A stretch of 64,000 nucleotides of DNA from Solirubrobacteraceae bacterium (GTDB lineage Bacteria > Actinomycetota > Thermoleophilia > Solirubrobacterales > Solirubrobacteraceae): assembly GCA_052148875.1 (NCBI GenBank), contig JBKQHH010000086.1, forward strand, positions 1,367 to 65,366. Direction: 5' to 3'. Under the pieces are notes generated by a model. That model saw only the letters and a list, made by a program, of their open reading frames with translations, had not been told where the DNA came from and did no database searches. Shown here one piece after another: positions 29,383-39,260 of the stretch. A program made the translations under genes and the position numbers. Within the stretch, counting starts at the first letter, position 1; the number at the start of each line of letters is the position of its first letter.

Positions 29383-30648
29383 GTGAGTGGGCGGCCGCTC
29401 GTATCGCCAGACTTCACGCGAGCGCGGCTTGCAGCCGCGCTCGCGGCCGTCCAGCCCGCAGGGCCGACGATGCCAGGACCATCTAGTAGGCGCTCGCAGG
29501 CTCAGGTCAGCGTCGCGCTTTCGACTACGTACAGGGGAAGGCCCCGCGCACAGCCGGTGTGGGTGATGCGCTACCGGCTGCCATCGGGCAAGGACTCACG
29601 GAAGGTCCTCGGGTCCGCTTGGACCAAGAAGAGCCGGCCACCGAGCGGCTACTTGACACGAAGCGACGCCCTTTTGGCGGCGGAGATGTTCGCCGCGGAA
29701 CACGCGGTCGGTGCTGCGAGCCTCCGTCTCGCGTTCGGTGCGGCCCTCGAGCGGTTCCTGCGCTACTGCGCAGACGAGCGCAACCTACGCGGGTCGACGC
29801 TGGTCGGATATCGGCGGATCGGCGAGCGGCTGGCCGCCCGGCCCTGGCGCGGCCACCTGACCTGGGCCGAGCGCCCACTCGACTCGTTCACGGTCGACGA
29901 CATCTTGGTGCTGCGTCAGGATCTGATCGACGGTGGGCGGAGCACGGAGACGATCAACCACTACAGGCGCATCCTGCGAGGCGTCCTCGGAACGCATCCC
30001 GGTAGCCCCGCGCTCGCATGGCCCTGGAGAGCGCAGAAGGTGGAGAGCGAGGGCAAGCTGCACTACTACACCCCCGCACAGGTGCGCCAGCTGATCGTCG
30101 CCGCGCACTCGCCGATGGACGCCGCGATCTACGTGCTCGCTACCGAGGCCGGGCCGAGAGTCAGCGAAATCCGCGCCTTGAAAGTCGCTGACGTCGACTT
30201 CGAGGTCGGTGTCCTGCGGTTCGCCGACGGCTATACAACCGACGGCGGCTACGCCGGGAACAAGGCACGCAAGGTGCGCTCGGTCCCGATGACCGCCAAA
30301 GTCTCGGAGGTACTCGCGCCGTTCTGCACCGGCAAGACCGGTGAGATGCTCGTGTTCGAGCACCCCACCAAGCCGAGCCAGCCGATATGCGGCACCAGCC
30401 TGTACCGCAGGTTCATCAGCGCCGGCATGCGAGCGGGCTTGCCGCGCATCCGTCTTCACGACCTGCGCCATACGTTCGGAACCCAGGCGATACGAGTCCT
30501 CAAGATCCACGAGGTCCAGCAGCTCATGGGCCACCGGCACATCGCTACCACCGAACGCTACTTGCACTACGCACCTGACCGAGACATCGCCCACCGGCTG
30601 ACCGCCCTGTGGGAGGACTCAGGAAGAGCCCCGGGCACAGTCGCTTAA
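29383..30648 (+). CDS. Tyrosine recombinase/integrase (start approximate)
   Basis: GPRVSE, NKA, HDLRHTFG, MGH, TERYLH. Confidence 0.92.
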   Translation: MSGRPLVSPDFTRARLAAALAAVQPAGPTMPGPSSRRSQAQVSVALSTTYRGRPRAQPVWVMRYRLPSGKDSRKVLGSAWTKKSRPPSGYLTRSDALLAAEMFAAEHAVGAASLRLAFGAALERFLRYCADERNLRGSTLVGYRRIGERLAARPWRGHLTWAERPLDSFTVDDILVLRQDLIDGGRSTETINHYRRILRGVLGTHPGSPALAWPWRAQKVESEGKLHYYTPAQVRQLIVAAHSPMDAAIYVLATEAGPRVSEIRALKVADVDFEVGVLRFADGYTTDGGYAGNKARKVRSVPMTAKVSEVLAPFCTGKTGEMLVFEHPTKPSQPICGTSLYRRFISAGMRAGLPRIRLHDLRHTFGTQAIRVLKIHEVQQLMGHRHIATTERYLHYAPDRDIAHRLTALWEDSGRAPGTVA

Positions 30649-30658
30649 GCTCACCCGA

Positions 30659-30733
30659 CGTTCCCCGAAGTGGCTTGTTGATTCGTGGCGTTGGTGATGA
30701 TCTGCCTGCACGCCTGCTTTTTCGTCCCAAGCA
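30659..30733 (+). repeat. Dispersed ~75-bp repeat, copy 1
   Basis: Similar to 41248-41318 (CCGAAGTGGCTTGTyGATTCGyGGCG...CTrCTTTT...AAGCA). Confidence 0.7.
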
Positions 30734-30769
30734 ATAACGCGAGTGGAGGAGCCCGGCGCACCCCCTCGG

Positions 30770-31519
30770 TCAACAAAGTGGGAGTGATTGCGTCTTAGCG
30801 GCAGACGAACGGACTCGCCGCCAGAGACGCGCAACCTGGCCCTCGGGGACGATCTTTCCGTGTCCCCATCGCGTGGGACTGTGCTCCAGGTGGTCAATCT
30901 CCCAACGGTTTTCGGATCTGCGCAAATGGACCGTCACGTCTGTGTTCTGCTCGCCGGCCAGGTCGCCGTAGGGAATCGTGACGGCGAACACCTTGGCTTC
31001 CTCGCCCTCGACTAGCAAGAGCGCGATATTCACACGGGTCGTCTCGCCGGGAGGGACTCTTGGCCGGTCTACGGTTACGTCTTCTAGGTGACTATCGAGC
31101 CCCCGTACTTCAATTCTCTCGTCGTCCACAACCGCCAGACCCGCGCCGACATTACGGAGTGGAATGCCGACGTAGCCCTTTTCGGGGTTGACGTACACGA
31201 TCCGGGGATCGACGAACAGGTCCGCGCCGTGGAGATGGAGAGGGAGCACGAGCGGGAGGACGCGGCGCTGGGCCGTGCGTGGGTTGTCGATGGCTTCCAT
31301 GTCCGGGGTGATCAAGCCATTGCGCAAGACCTCGATTAGCAGCGGTCGATAGGACGCCTGAAGCTGGCGCCGCGCTAGCTCCAGGTCGGCAGTGGCGGCT
31401 CTGCGGGTTTCCCAAACACCCCACAGCGTCACCCCAACGCCAGCAACGAGCAGCACGGAAGCGATCGCCTCGACCGCGGGCCATTCGATCCCCAACCACG
31501 GGTGTGCTTCGATCATCAT
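30770..31519 (-). CDS. Hypothetical membrane-anchored protein
   Basis: Single N-terminal TM helix, YRPLL, LRNVGAGLA. Confidence 0.65.
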   Translation of the reverse strand: MMIEAHPWLGIEWPAVEAIASVLLVAGVGVTLWGVWETRRAATADLELARRQLQASYRPLLIEVLRNGLITPDMEAIDNPRTAQRRVLPLVLPLHLHGADLFVDPRIVYVNPEKGYVGIPLRNVGAGLAVVDDERIEVRGLDSHLEDVTVDRPRVPPGETTRVNIALLLVEGEEAKVFAVTIPYGDLAGEQNTDVTVHLRRSENRWEIDHLEHSPTRWGHGKIVPEGQVARLWRRVRSSAAKTQSLPLC

Positions 31520-32122
31520 CGGCACGCGACGTATTTCATCAGGCGGTCCAGCGAAACGCAGCTGCGAGCGGGGCTCCTCCACCGCGCGGTGGAACGACCG
31601 AAGATCAGCCGCTCTCGGCCCGCTCGATGGCGTCGGCCAGTTCCCGCAGCGACTTGTCCAGTGCGGTGAGGATTGCTCGCACGACCCCAAGACGGGACGG
31701 GGCTTACCCCACGCCCTCCTAGGAGTCCCGAGATGCCGACTTCCAGCGAACGTCCTCAAGCCCTATCCGGCCGTGCGAACGTAGGCTGCGCGTATGGATC
31801 GGAACCGCGAGCGGCCCGAGCTGTCGCGTCTCGTCCATTGCGACCGTGTCGCGGGAATCGGACTCGAAGCCTGCTTCTGACATTGTCCCAGTCGCCGCGC
31901 GACCTAGACTCGCGGCGATGTCGCCTTCACAGAGCGCGCTCTGAATGCGTCGACAGGTGCTGACATCGACTCATTATGGAATCTCGGCCGCAAAGAATGT
32001 TGGCAGGCCGTAGCCGTTCGGTCATCTCCGGCCAGACATGAGCCCAATGCAGGCCGACCCGGCGAGCCGCTTAGTTTAGATGGAGCGGCTCCTGTTCGAC
32101 CAGGTGCGCCAAGATTCAGCGG

Positions 32123-32599
32123 ATGAGTGTCCCAATCGTCGTGGCTACATACGCCGCAGTCGTCGCATCTGCCGCTCTCGGGTGGCAGGTGTTCATTTGG
32201 CGCGTCGCTCGCCGTAACCGGGTATCGGTCACTTTGCGAATGGGGCTCGCACAAGTCGCCGAGCGACGCTTCGGCCCTGCGATCTATGTTGTGGTCCGGA
32301 ACTTCGGCCCTCATCCGATTCGGGCGGTTGCGGCTGGACTCCACGTCTCGCTCAAGGATGGAACCTCGAGGGCAATCCACGCTTCGGTCGGCGCTCTCTT
32401 GAATGCAAAGGTCGAGCCAAACGACGCCGCGAGTGTTCGACTGCTGCGTGATGACTTGGAGCTTGAAGGCGTCAACTTTGATCAAGCGATGGTGGGCTGG
32501 GTTGATCTGGCCACGGGCGAGCGAGCGAAGAGCCCTCGTCTGACTCTGATTCCACGACCGGTGGACGAGCGAGGGTGCTTCCTGCCGGAGAGCTTCTGA
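32123..32599 (+). CDS. Hypothetical membrane-anchored protein
   Basis: N-terminal TM YAAVVASAALGWQV then beta-rich domain (VRNFG). Confidence 0.65.
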   Translation: MSVPIVVATYAAVVASAALGWQVFIWRVARRNRVSVTLRMGLAQVAERRFGPAIYVVVRNFGPHPIRAVAAGLHVSLKDGTSRAIHASVGALLNAKVEPNDAASVRLLRDDLELEGVNFDQAMVGWVDLATGERAKSPRLTLIPRPVDERGCFLPESF

Positions 32600-32918
32600 G
32601 AGCCTGCCTTTGTGGCTCGGGCTCGAAGGGCTTCGTTGCGGCTTGTCGGTCATGACCTCCGGAGCTTTCACATCGTCGCGAGTGTTCATTTGCGCGACAA
32701 GCGAGCGCTCCCGGCAAGCTGCTCAACGTGCCCGCGTTGGACGAGACGCGACAACTCGGGCCGCTCGAGGTCAGAATGCCGCTCCGCAGGCGAGAGTAAG
32801 CGTCCGAGGACAGCAGCGCCGGCTGCTGATCGTCCAAAGCGGGCGTGACCGAGGCGAAGATGAGTGACGGCCATTGGACCCATATGTGCGCCTCATTGGC
32901 GCACTCGGCCAATTTGCG

Positions 32919-33968
32919 TCATGCTCCCTTATCGCTCGGAAAACCCGTCGGGAAGGCGCGAACGAGGGCATCAAGATCTTCCATTGCCGCGGCTGCATCC
33001 TGCCGACGGACCACGAGACGCTGACCAGCGCGTAGGCCCGAGTCAGGGACCTGGCCAAGAAAGCGCTCATCCACGATGCCACCGCGGTGCTCAAGCACAT
33101 GGCGTTGCGCGAACGCGCGCTTGAGGCGAGTCCAGCGCTCGGCGCCGGCGAGGCTGACCAGGTCGAGCGCCGCGTGCTCGGCGAAGAGCGCTGCCGAATC
33201 GTCGAGGCGTTGGAAGACGTTTCCCTTGCCCTGCGTCAGCGACTCGGCGTCCGACACGCGCAACGCGAACTGCTCGCGGGCGAACACCTCGAACAAGCTC
33301 ACGACCGACCCCAACGCGTCGACGGCTATGCGCTCGAAGACGCCGGCAGCACGGAGCGTCTCGCGCTCGTCGGCTCCGAGCTGATCCTCCATCGTGAGCG
33401 CCTGGCGCGCGCTTTCAATCTGGTCGATGACGGTCTCCGCGGCGGGTCGTGGACCGCAGACGGGACAGAAGGCCGAGGCCGAGAAGACGGCATAGTGGCC
33501 GTGGCAGGTCGAGCACTCGATGATCCGGCGGATCTCCTTCTCGACGACTTCCGGCAGCTCGCGGATCGGAGGCGGCGACCCGGGCGTATAGCTCATGCGG
33601 ATGCTGATGAGCGAGTTGGAAGGCTGCGGCTGACGACGACCGAACGTCTCGGAGAGCATGTTGCTGACCATGGCGTGCACCATCTGATGGCCTAGGCCCG
33701 CGACCGCCGCCCGCGCACGCTCCCCCTGCTCCGTAGTCATGAAGTCGCCGTGGTCGTCGCCGTGGCCGCAATACGGACACGTTAGGCGCAGATCATCGCG
33801 CAGCGCCTTGTACTCGTCATTGTGCATCTGGAAGGGCTCGTGGCATGACGGGCACTCCCGGCCGAAATAGCCGTCGGAGGTGAGGGGGATCTCGACGGTC
33901 GCGCGGAAGCCCTCCTCGGTCATCTCGACGTCCCCGACGCCAGCAGGCTTGCGGTCTTGCCATCCCAT
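32919..33968 (-). CDS. Zinc-finger plus putative HEPN-domain protein
   Basis: Four CxxC motifs (CPSC, CPYC, CSTC, CPVC); NVFQRL...QRHVLEHRGGIVD. Confidence 0.7.
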   Translation of the reverse strand: MGWQDRKPAGVGDVEMTEEGFRATVEIPLTSDGYFGRECPSCHEPFQMHNDEYKALRDDLRLTCPYCGHGDDHGDFMTTEQGERARAAVAGLGHQMVHAMVSNMLSETFGRRQPQPSNSLISIRMSYTPGSPPPIRELPEVVEKEIRRIIECSTCHGHYAVFSASAFCPVCGPRPAAETVIDQIESARQALTMEDQLGADERETLRAAGVFERIAVDALGSVVSLFEVFAREQFALRVSDAESLTQGKGNVFQRLDDSAALFAEHAALDLVSLAGAERWTRLKRAFAQRHVLEHRGGIVDERFLGQVPDSGLRAGQRLVVRRQDAAAAMEDLDALVRAFPTGFPSDKGA

Positions 33969-34036
33969 GGACTGATTGAAGCAGGGCGGGAGGAGGGCCA
34001 GTCCGATGCTGCCGCTTACTGCCGGATAATCGGCGC

Positions 34037-34828
34037 ATGGCCGGCATGCACCGGACGATCCCCTCGCGAGCGCCACAGCGGCGGAACGCGGACCGCACCT
34101 GCGTCTTTTGCGACGAGCACATCGCGCCCGGCACGCCGGCCGAGCATGTCATCCCAGACTGGATTCGTCGCCTCCGCCCCGACGGCACGGTGTACCAGCA
34201 CAAGTCGAAGCAACCCGGCGTGCTCACGCACCGCTCCAAGCGCATCGACATCACAGCCAAGACCGTATGCCGAAGATGCAACCACGGCTGGATGAGCGAC
34301 CTTGAGACGAAGGCGTCTCCGATCCTTAAGCCCATAATCGAGGGCCGCCCACAGGGTCTGAGCGTCGAGCAGCAGGTGCTGCTGAGCCAGTGGGCAACAA
34401 AGACCGCGTTCATGCTCGACCAGAGCTTCAAGCCGTCTGAACGCGCGGTGCCTGTCAGCGCGTGTCGGTACCTCAAGCAATATGAGCTTCCCCCACCGGG
34501 CACCGTCGTCCAGCTCGGGCATTACGAAGGTGCTGGTGACTTCATCGCGACGGCACACAACCGGATGTACGCCCGCAAGGTCGCCAACCGCGAAGACGCT
34601 GGCCCGGCGGATGCATTCCGCGCAGCCATGCGTATCCACCGGCTGGTGATCGGTGTCACCGTGATTGACGGCGCGCCGATCACGCTCCGCGCCACCGGCG
34701 ACTACCTGGACATGCTCACGACGATTTGGCCGTCAGCGGAGCTCGCGAGCTGGCCACCCGGTCTCGCATTCGACGATCGAACCTGGGCCGGGTTCATGGA
34801 GCCCGAACTGCCCGGCGGTGGCCGCTAG
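34037..34828 (+). CDS. HNH-like endonuclease domain protein
   Basis: CVFC...EHVIPDWI...VCRRCNHGWMSDLE. Confidence 0.7.
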   Translation: MAGMHRTIPSRAPQRRNADRTCVFCDEHIAPGTPAEHVIPDWIRRLRPDGTVYQHKSKQPGVLTHRSKRIDITAKTVCRRCNHGWMSDLETKASPILKPIIEGRPQGLSVEQQVLLSQWATKTAFMLDQSFKPSERAVPVSACRYLKQYELPPPGTVVQLGHYEGAGDFIATAHNRMYARKVANREDAGPADAFRAAMRIHRLVIGVTVIDGAPITLRATGDYLDMLTTIWPSAELASWPPGLAFDDRTWAGFMEPELPGGGR

Positions 34829-35006
34829 CAGTGCTATCGAGCGTCAAGCTTGCCTGAGTGCTCGACATCATGACCAGCGCCCCTGCTGCCCCGACGCATC
34901 ACGCCGCGTAGGCTGCTTGCATCATGGGACAACTCCGGGCACCGGTCCGTAGCCGGACATCTCCGCCGCACCTGTCCATTTTGCGGTCTCCGGTCACGCG
35001 TCTCTA

Positions 35007-36863
35007 ATGGCACGCAAGCTCCAACCCCTCCTCCTGCCGCAGCGGTTCATCAAAACCGTGACCGGGCTGATCGTGCCCGTGTCAGCGACGGACGCGCCTG
35101 CGCACCACCGCGAAATTCAGCGCATCGCGAACTCCCAGGGCGTGCTGGTCAGGCACGCGGCGCGGGTTCCCACGATGCTTGGGCAGATCTACGTCGTGGC
35201 TGACGAGTCCGCGCTCGGTCTGCCAGTGTCCACGATCGACGCCGTTCGCGCTCACCTGCGCACAATCCCGTTTACTGCAGCGGTTGAGCGAGTAGCGGAT
35301 GTTGCCGCCCGACTGTGGCCGATACGTGACGAGGTGACCGAGCAACGGAGGCTCCTCGGGCAAGTCGTGCGCTCCCCTGCGCGTCTCTCGGCTTACGACG
35401 GTTTGCTCCGCCGCGCCAACGACGACTTCGACGGGCATTTGCTCGTGCTTGACGAGCAGCAACTGCTCGTGCTTCAGAGACTCGTGGTGGAGGAGGCCGC
35501 CGGGGACGGTTCCGAGTGGACTGCCGCGAACGACGCCGCGTTGGAGGCGGCCTTCCTCGGCGTCACGACCGTGGCAGGCGAGGGGACCGCCCACCTGCAA
35601 GGTGCGCAGCGACGGCTGGAGGACTGGATCGGGTTCCTCATGCAGAACGGCTCATTCAACGCCGGCGGCCAGCCGCTCTACGCGTTGATTCGGGCCCACC
35701 GGCTCTTCATCGAGCTGCCGCGCACCGCGACGGCGCAGCAGCACCACGCCGCGCTCGATTTCGACGCTTGGACCAACGAAAGCTTCAATCTCTCGGCCGA
35801 GGAGCTGTTCGCGGCCGGGTTCCTCGCGCAGGCAACGAGCGTGCTGGGCCAGCGCGGGCCGAGGGGGCGCACGCCCGGCCTCCTGCCGCCCATGAGCACA
35901 TACCTCAGCACGACGGCGCTTGCAAGCAAGGCCGCGGCTGTGCAGGACGCGCTCGCCGCGCCGCGCGAGTTCTTCGTCACCGGGTTCTCGAAGAGCAAGA
36001 ACAACCCGGCGCGCCTCGCGTGGGAGGCAACGCCGTTCCAACAGCGCCCGTTCGTGCTCCTCGACGACGGCCGACTCGCGTTGACAAGCCCGCGCGCGAT
36101 CTACTCCTGGCTCACCGACGGCTGGCACTACCGCCTACTAGACATCGCCATGCAGAAGCGCCAGCGCGACGCCTTCACCACGTTCATCGGATACCTCTTC
36201 GAGACGTACGTGGTCGAGCTCTTCCAACTAGCGCTCCCGGCCCGGGCAGCCGGGAACGGGACGGTGCACGGCGAGCAGAGCTACGGCGGCGGTCAGCTGA
36301 CCTCCGACGTTGCCGTTGATTACGCCGACGACCTGTTCCTCTTCGAGGTCGTCTCCACGCGTCTGCCGCTCGGGGTGCGCGCCGAAGCCGATCAAGCCGA
36401 GCTCGAAGAGCACCTCACCCGCACGCTCCTCGACAAGATCGAGCAACTCGACCGCGTCGCCGGTGACGTCCTCTCGGATACGGCGAGGATTCCGGACGTC
36501 GACGCAGCACGGCTGCGCCGGGTATGGCCGGTCGTTATCACCGCGGGTGACATCACCGAGACCGAGCCGCTCTGGAAGTGGCTGCACGAACACGTCCCGC
36601 CCGGCACGTTCGCTGACGCTCGCGTCCAGCCACTCCAACTCCTCACCGTTGAAGACGTCGAGATCATCGCCGGCCTCGTCTCCCAGGGGGAGGAGATCAT
36701 CGACATCATCGCCGCGAAGGCGCGCAGCGGCTACCGCGAGCTCGGCGTGGTTCGCTGGCTTGCCGACACGCGCGACGAGGACCCGCCACGGCACCCCGAG
36801 CTAGAGGTGCGGTGGGAGCGTCTCATCGCTGCGATGGAGTCGGCGCTAGGCGTTCAGCGGTGA
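35007..36863 (+). CDS. Hypothetical protein with C-terminal PD-(D/E)xK/NERD-like fold
   Basis: GYLFETYV, SDVAV...LFEVVS, KIEQL. Confidence 0.65.
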   Translation: MARKLQPLLLPQRFIKTVTGLIVPVSATDAPAHHREIQRIANSQGVLVRHAARVPTMLGQIYVVADESALGLPVSTIDAVRAHLRTIPFTAAVERVADVAARLWPIRDEVTEQRRLLGQVVRSPARLSAYDGLLRRANDDFDGHLLVLDEQQLLVLQRLVVEEAAGDGSEWTAANDAALEAAFLGVTTVAGEGTAHLQGAQRRLEDWIGFLMQNGSFNAGGQPLYALIRAHRLFIELPRTATAQQHHAALDFDAWTNESFNLSAEELFAAGFLAQATSVLGQRGPRGRTPGLLPPMSTYLSTTALASKAAAVQDALAAPREFFVTGFSKSKNNPARLAWEATPFQQRPFVLLDDGRLALTSPRAIYSWLTDGWHYRLLDIAMQKRQRDAFTTFIGYLFETYVVELFQLALPARAAGNGTVHGEQSYGGGQLTSDVAVDYADDLFLFEVVSTRLPLGVRAEADQAELEEHLTRTLLDKIEQLDRVAGDVLSDTARIPDVDAARLRRVWPVVITAGDITETEPLWKWLHEHVPPGTFADARVQPLQLLTVEDVEIIAGLVSQGEEIIDIIAAKARSGYRELGVVRWLADTRDEDPPRHPELEVRWERLIAAMESALGVQR

Positions 36864-37572
36864 TAATCGCCGCCGTCACCATGTTACGACCTGAGCGAGG
36901 CGCTGTTTGCTGCCGAGGCGCTGATGGACGGGATCGTCAGCGTCAGGGTGGCGTGACTGACCGCGCACCGTCTCGCGGACGCCGACGACACGTTCACGCG
37001 CGAGGCCGAGCGGCTCACACAGCCGCTGGCGGCCGGGCGCGACTGGCGCTGGTACGCGCAGCGCAGCGGGCTTACCAACGTCGCGCGCGAGCTCGAGCGC
37101 GACGTTCCATCGCTGCCACGACAATGATCCGCGGCGGGCGCGGGCGAGCTTCGCGCGAGTCGCGGCGGCGCAGTGGCCTCTGTACGCGTGCTTGGGAGAA
37201 CTTGGCCTGGCGCTTGCTTCAGAGGACGACGCGAGCCGGGTCCTGCACGCAGAGCGAGCGCATCGGACGGCGCGCACTATCGGCGCCCGGCTGATCAGCG
37301 GTCGAGCACACGAGCTGCTCGACGGTGGCCCAGACGCGCTGCGAGGGTGTTCTTCTGCTGAGTCGATCGTGTCCGGCAAACTCGCAGGGGGGAAGACGTC
37401 CGGTGCCTGCGACAGGCGGACATGCAACCGGAACGCACAGAGGCTCGCTGCCGACCGCCGTAGGCGCCTAACCTCGTACGCGTGCACCCTTAAGGGGAGC
37501 CCTTGGGGAGCCTAAGACGCGGAGCGAGAGCCCGAAAAAACCAAAAACGGCCCATTTGCAGGGCTTTTGCAG

Positions 37573-37643
37573 AGGCGACGATCGGAATCGAACCGATGTA
37601 CGCGGCTTTGCAGGCCGCTGCGTAGCCACTCCGCCACGTCGCC
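37573..37643 (-). tRNA. tRNA-Cys (GCA)
   Basis: GGCGACG/CGTCGCC acceptor, GCGGC-CTGCAAA-GCCGC anticodon arm, ATCGGTTCGATTCCGAT T-arm. Confidence 0.96.
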
Positions 37644-37886
37644 GGGAAGCCTCATAGCGTAGCGAGCCGGCTTCGGCAGCTCGGGCGGCGCCGTTCGGGC
37701 CGTTCTGGCCGGCGCGCGGAGATGCGAACGCGGCGGGCCTGGGGGAGGGGCGTGACCCGCGTGGCGTCTCTCGCGAGCACCTCCGTCGTTATGCATTTCT
37801 TCTCCCCGTATTAGCGGGCCTTTGGGACGTCGTTAGCGCCCGCACAGCCTGTCGTTGCAAGATGACTTCCCCCGAAGAACTCAGAG

Positions 37887-38951
37887 GTGATCCCGTTGAA
37901 ACGTGTACTTGCACCCATGCTGCTGGCGGCGCTCGTCGGAGGACTCGTCGCGGGCATAGCCGTGTCCCTCATCGGCAAAGGCGGGCGGAGTCCATCGTCC
38001 AGCACCGCAGCCGCCGCCGGCGCTCCAGCCTCGACCGGGACGCGTCGTGACGTGTCCTCGACGTCGCTGTCCGCCACCCAGATCTACCAGCGCGATTCCA
38101 CGGGAGTCGTCGCGATCAAGGTGGTCACCCCGGAAGGGGAGGATGAGGGCACGGGCATCGTGCTGAACGACAAAGGCCTGATCCTCACCAACGACCACGT
38201 GGTCAAGGGTGCGACCAGCATCGCGGTCGATGCCAGCGGATCATCGAAGACGACTCGCAGCGCGAAGCTCGTCGGCGAAGAAGCCAACCAGGACCTCGCG
38301 CTCATCAGCGTCGATCCGTCCGGGCTCGGCCTGAAGCCGCTGACGCTTGTGAGCTCGAGCTCCGTAAAGGTCGGCGACGCCGTGTACGCGATCGGAAACC
38401 CGTACGGCCTGGAAGAGACCCTCACCCGCGGCATCGTGTCGGCTCTTGGCCGCGAAATCGAGGCCCCTGACGGCTCGAAGATCACGGGCGCGATCCAAAC
38501 CGACGCGGCGCTCAACCCGGGCAACTCCGGCGGGCCGCTGCTCAACGAAGAAGGCGATGTGATCGGCGTCAACTCGCAGATCGCGAGCGACGCGTCGACC
38601 GTGGGTGGCTCGCAGCCGGGCAGCACGGGCGTGGGCTTCGCGATCTCCTCGAACACCGTCGCTCAGGCGATCAAGGCGATCGAGTCGGGCCAGGGGGTTA
38701 CCTACGCCTCGGCGACGCAGAGCGCCGCTCGATCCGCGGTCGGCCGCGGCGGGCAGTCGCCCTACGCCACCTCGCCGTACGGCTCGCAGAGCCCCTACGG
38801 CGAAGCCGAAGCCTCCGGACAGGGCCACGGAGCCGGGACCGAAGCGGGCTCTGGCTCGGGCCGCACGGAAGGGGCTGGCGTCGTTGGGCCCAACGGCTAC
38901 GAACCGGCCGGCGCAGGAGGCAACGGAGGCCGAATCGTGATCGTGCCTTGA
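37887..38951 (+). CDS. HtrA-like (S1C) serine protease lacking PDZ
   Basis: LTNDHVV, DLAL, QTDAALNPGNSGG; Gly-rich tail. Confidence 0.92.
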   Translation: MIPLKRVLAPMLLAALVGGLVAGIAVSLIGKGGRSPSSSTAAAAGAPASTGTRRDVSSTSLSATQIYQRDSTGVVAIKVVTPEGEDEGTGIVLNDKGLILTNDHVVKGATSIAVDASGSSKTTRSAKLVGEEANQDLALISVDPSGLGLKPLTLVSSSSVKVGDAVYAIGNPYGLEETLTRGIVSALGREIEAPDGSKITGAIQTDAALNPGNSGGPLLNEEGDVIGVNSQIASDASTVGGSQPGSTGVGFAISSNTVAQAIKAIESGQGVTYASATQSAARSAVGRGGQSPYATSPYGSQSPYGEAEASGQGHGAGTEAGSGSGRTEGAGVVGPNGYEPAGAGGNGGRIVIVP

Positions 38952-39093
38952 GCGGGGCGTGAGATCCGGGCGCTGCTGGGAGGAGACCCAGTCGGCGCCT
39001 GGGTCTCATGCGCCCGCTCGGGCGTTCGGAGGGGCTGCGGCACGATCGCGCTGGCGAGCTATCGCTCGTTGATACCCTTGGCAGCCGATCCCA

Positions 39094-39166
39094 GGGCGAT
39101 TAGCTCAGCTGGGAGAGCGCCGCCTCGACAAGGCGGAGGTCACTGGTTCGAGCCCAGTATCGCCCA
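39094..39166 (+). tRNA. tRNA-Val (GAC)
   Basis: GGGCGAT/ATCGCCC acceptor, CCGCC-TCGACAA-GGCGG anticodon arm, ACTGGTTCGAGCCCAGT T-arm. Confidence 0.95.
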
Positions 39167-39260
39167 TGACAGCTGTCTGCAGGGGGCTCGACGAATAGCT
39201 ACGTGCGCGTGAGCGTCGGTGATCTGTCCAAGGGTCCGATGCTGTTGACATCCTCGGTGG

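Larger units (their letters stand above)
24093..37613. mobile_element. Genomic island integrated in tRNA-Cys
   Basis: Flanking 44-bp tRNA-Cys repeats; contains tyrosine integrase, TA and nuclease-like ORFs. Confidence 0.85.

Noticed and set aside
31600-31800. Possible XRE HTH gene remnant on the minus strand
   Set aside because: Only a short C-terminal-like helix with upstream stops; too weak to call
36864-37500. ORFs between the 618-aa gene and tRNA-Cys
   Set aside because: Fragmentary, no recognisable motifs; probably decayed sequence
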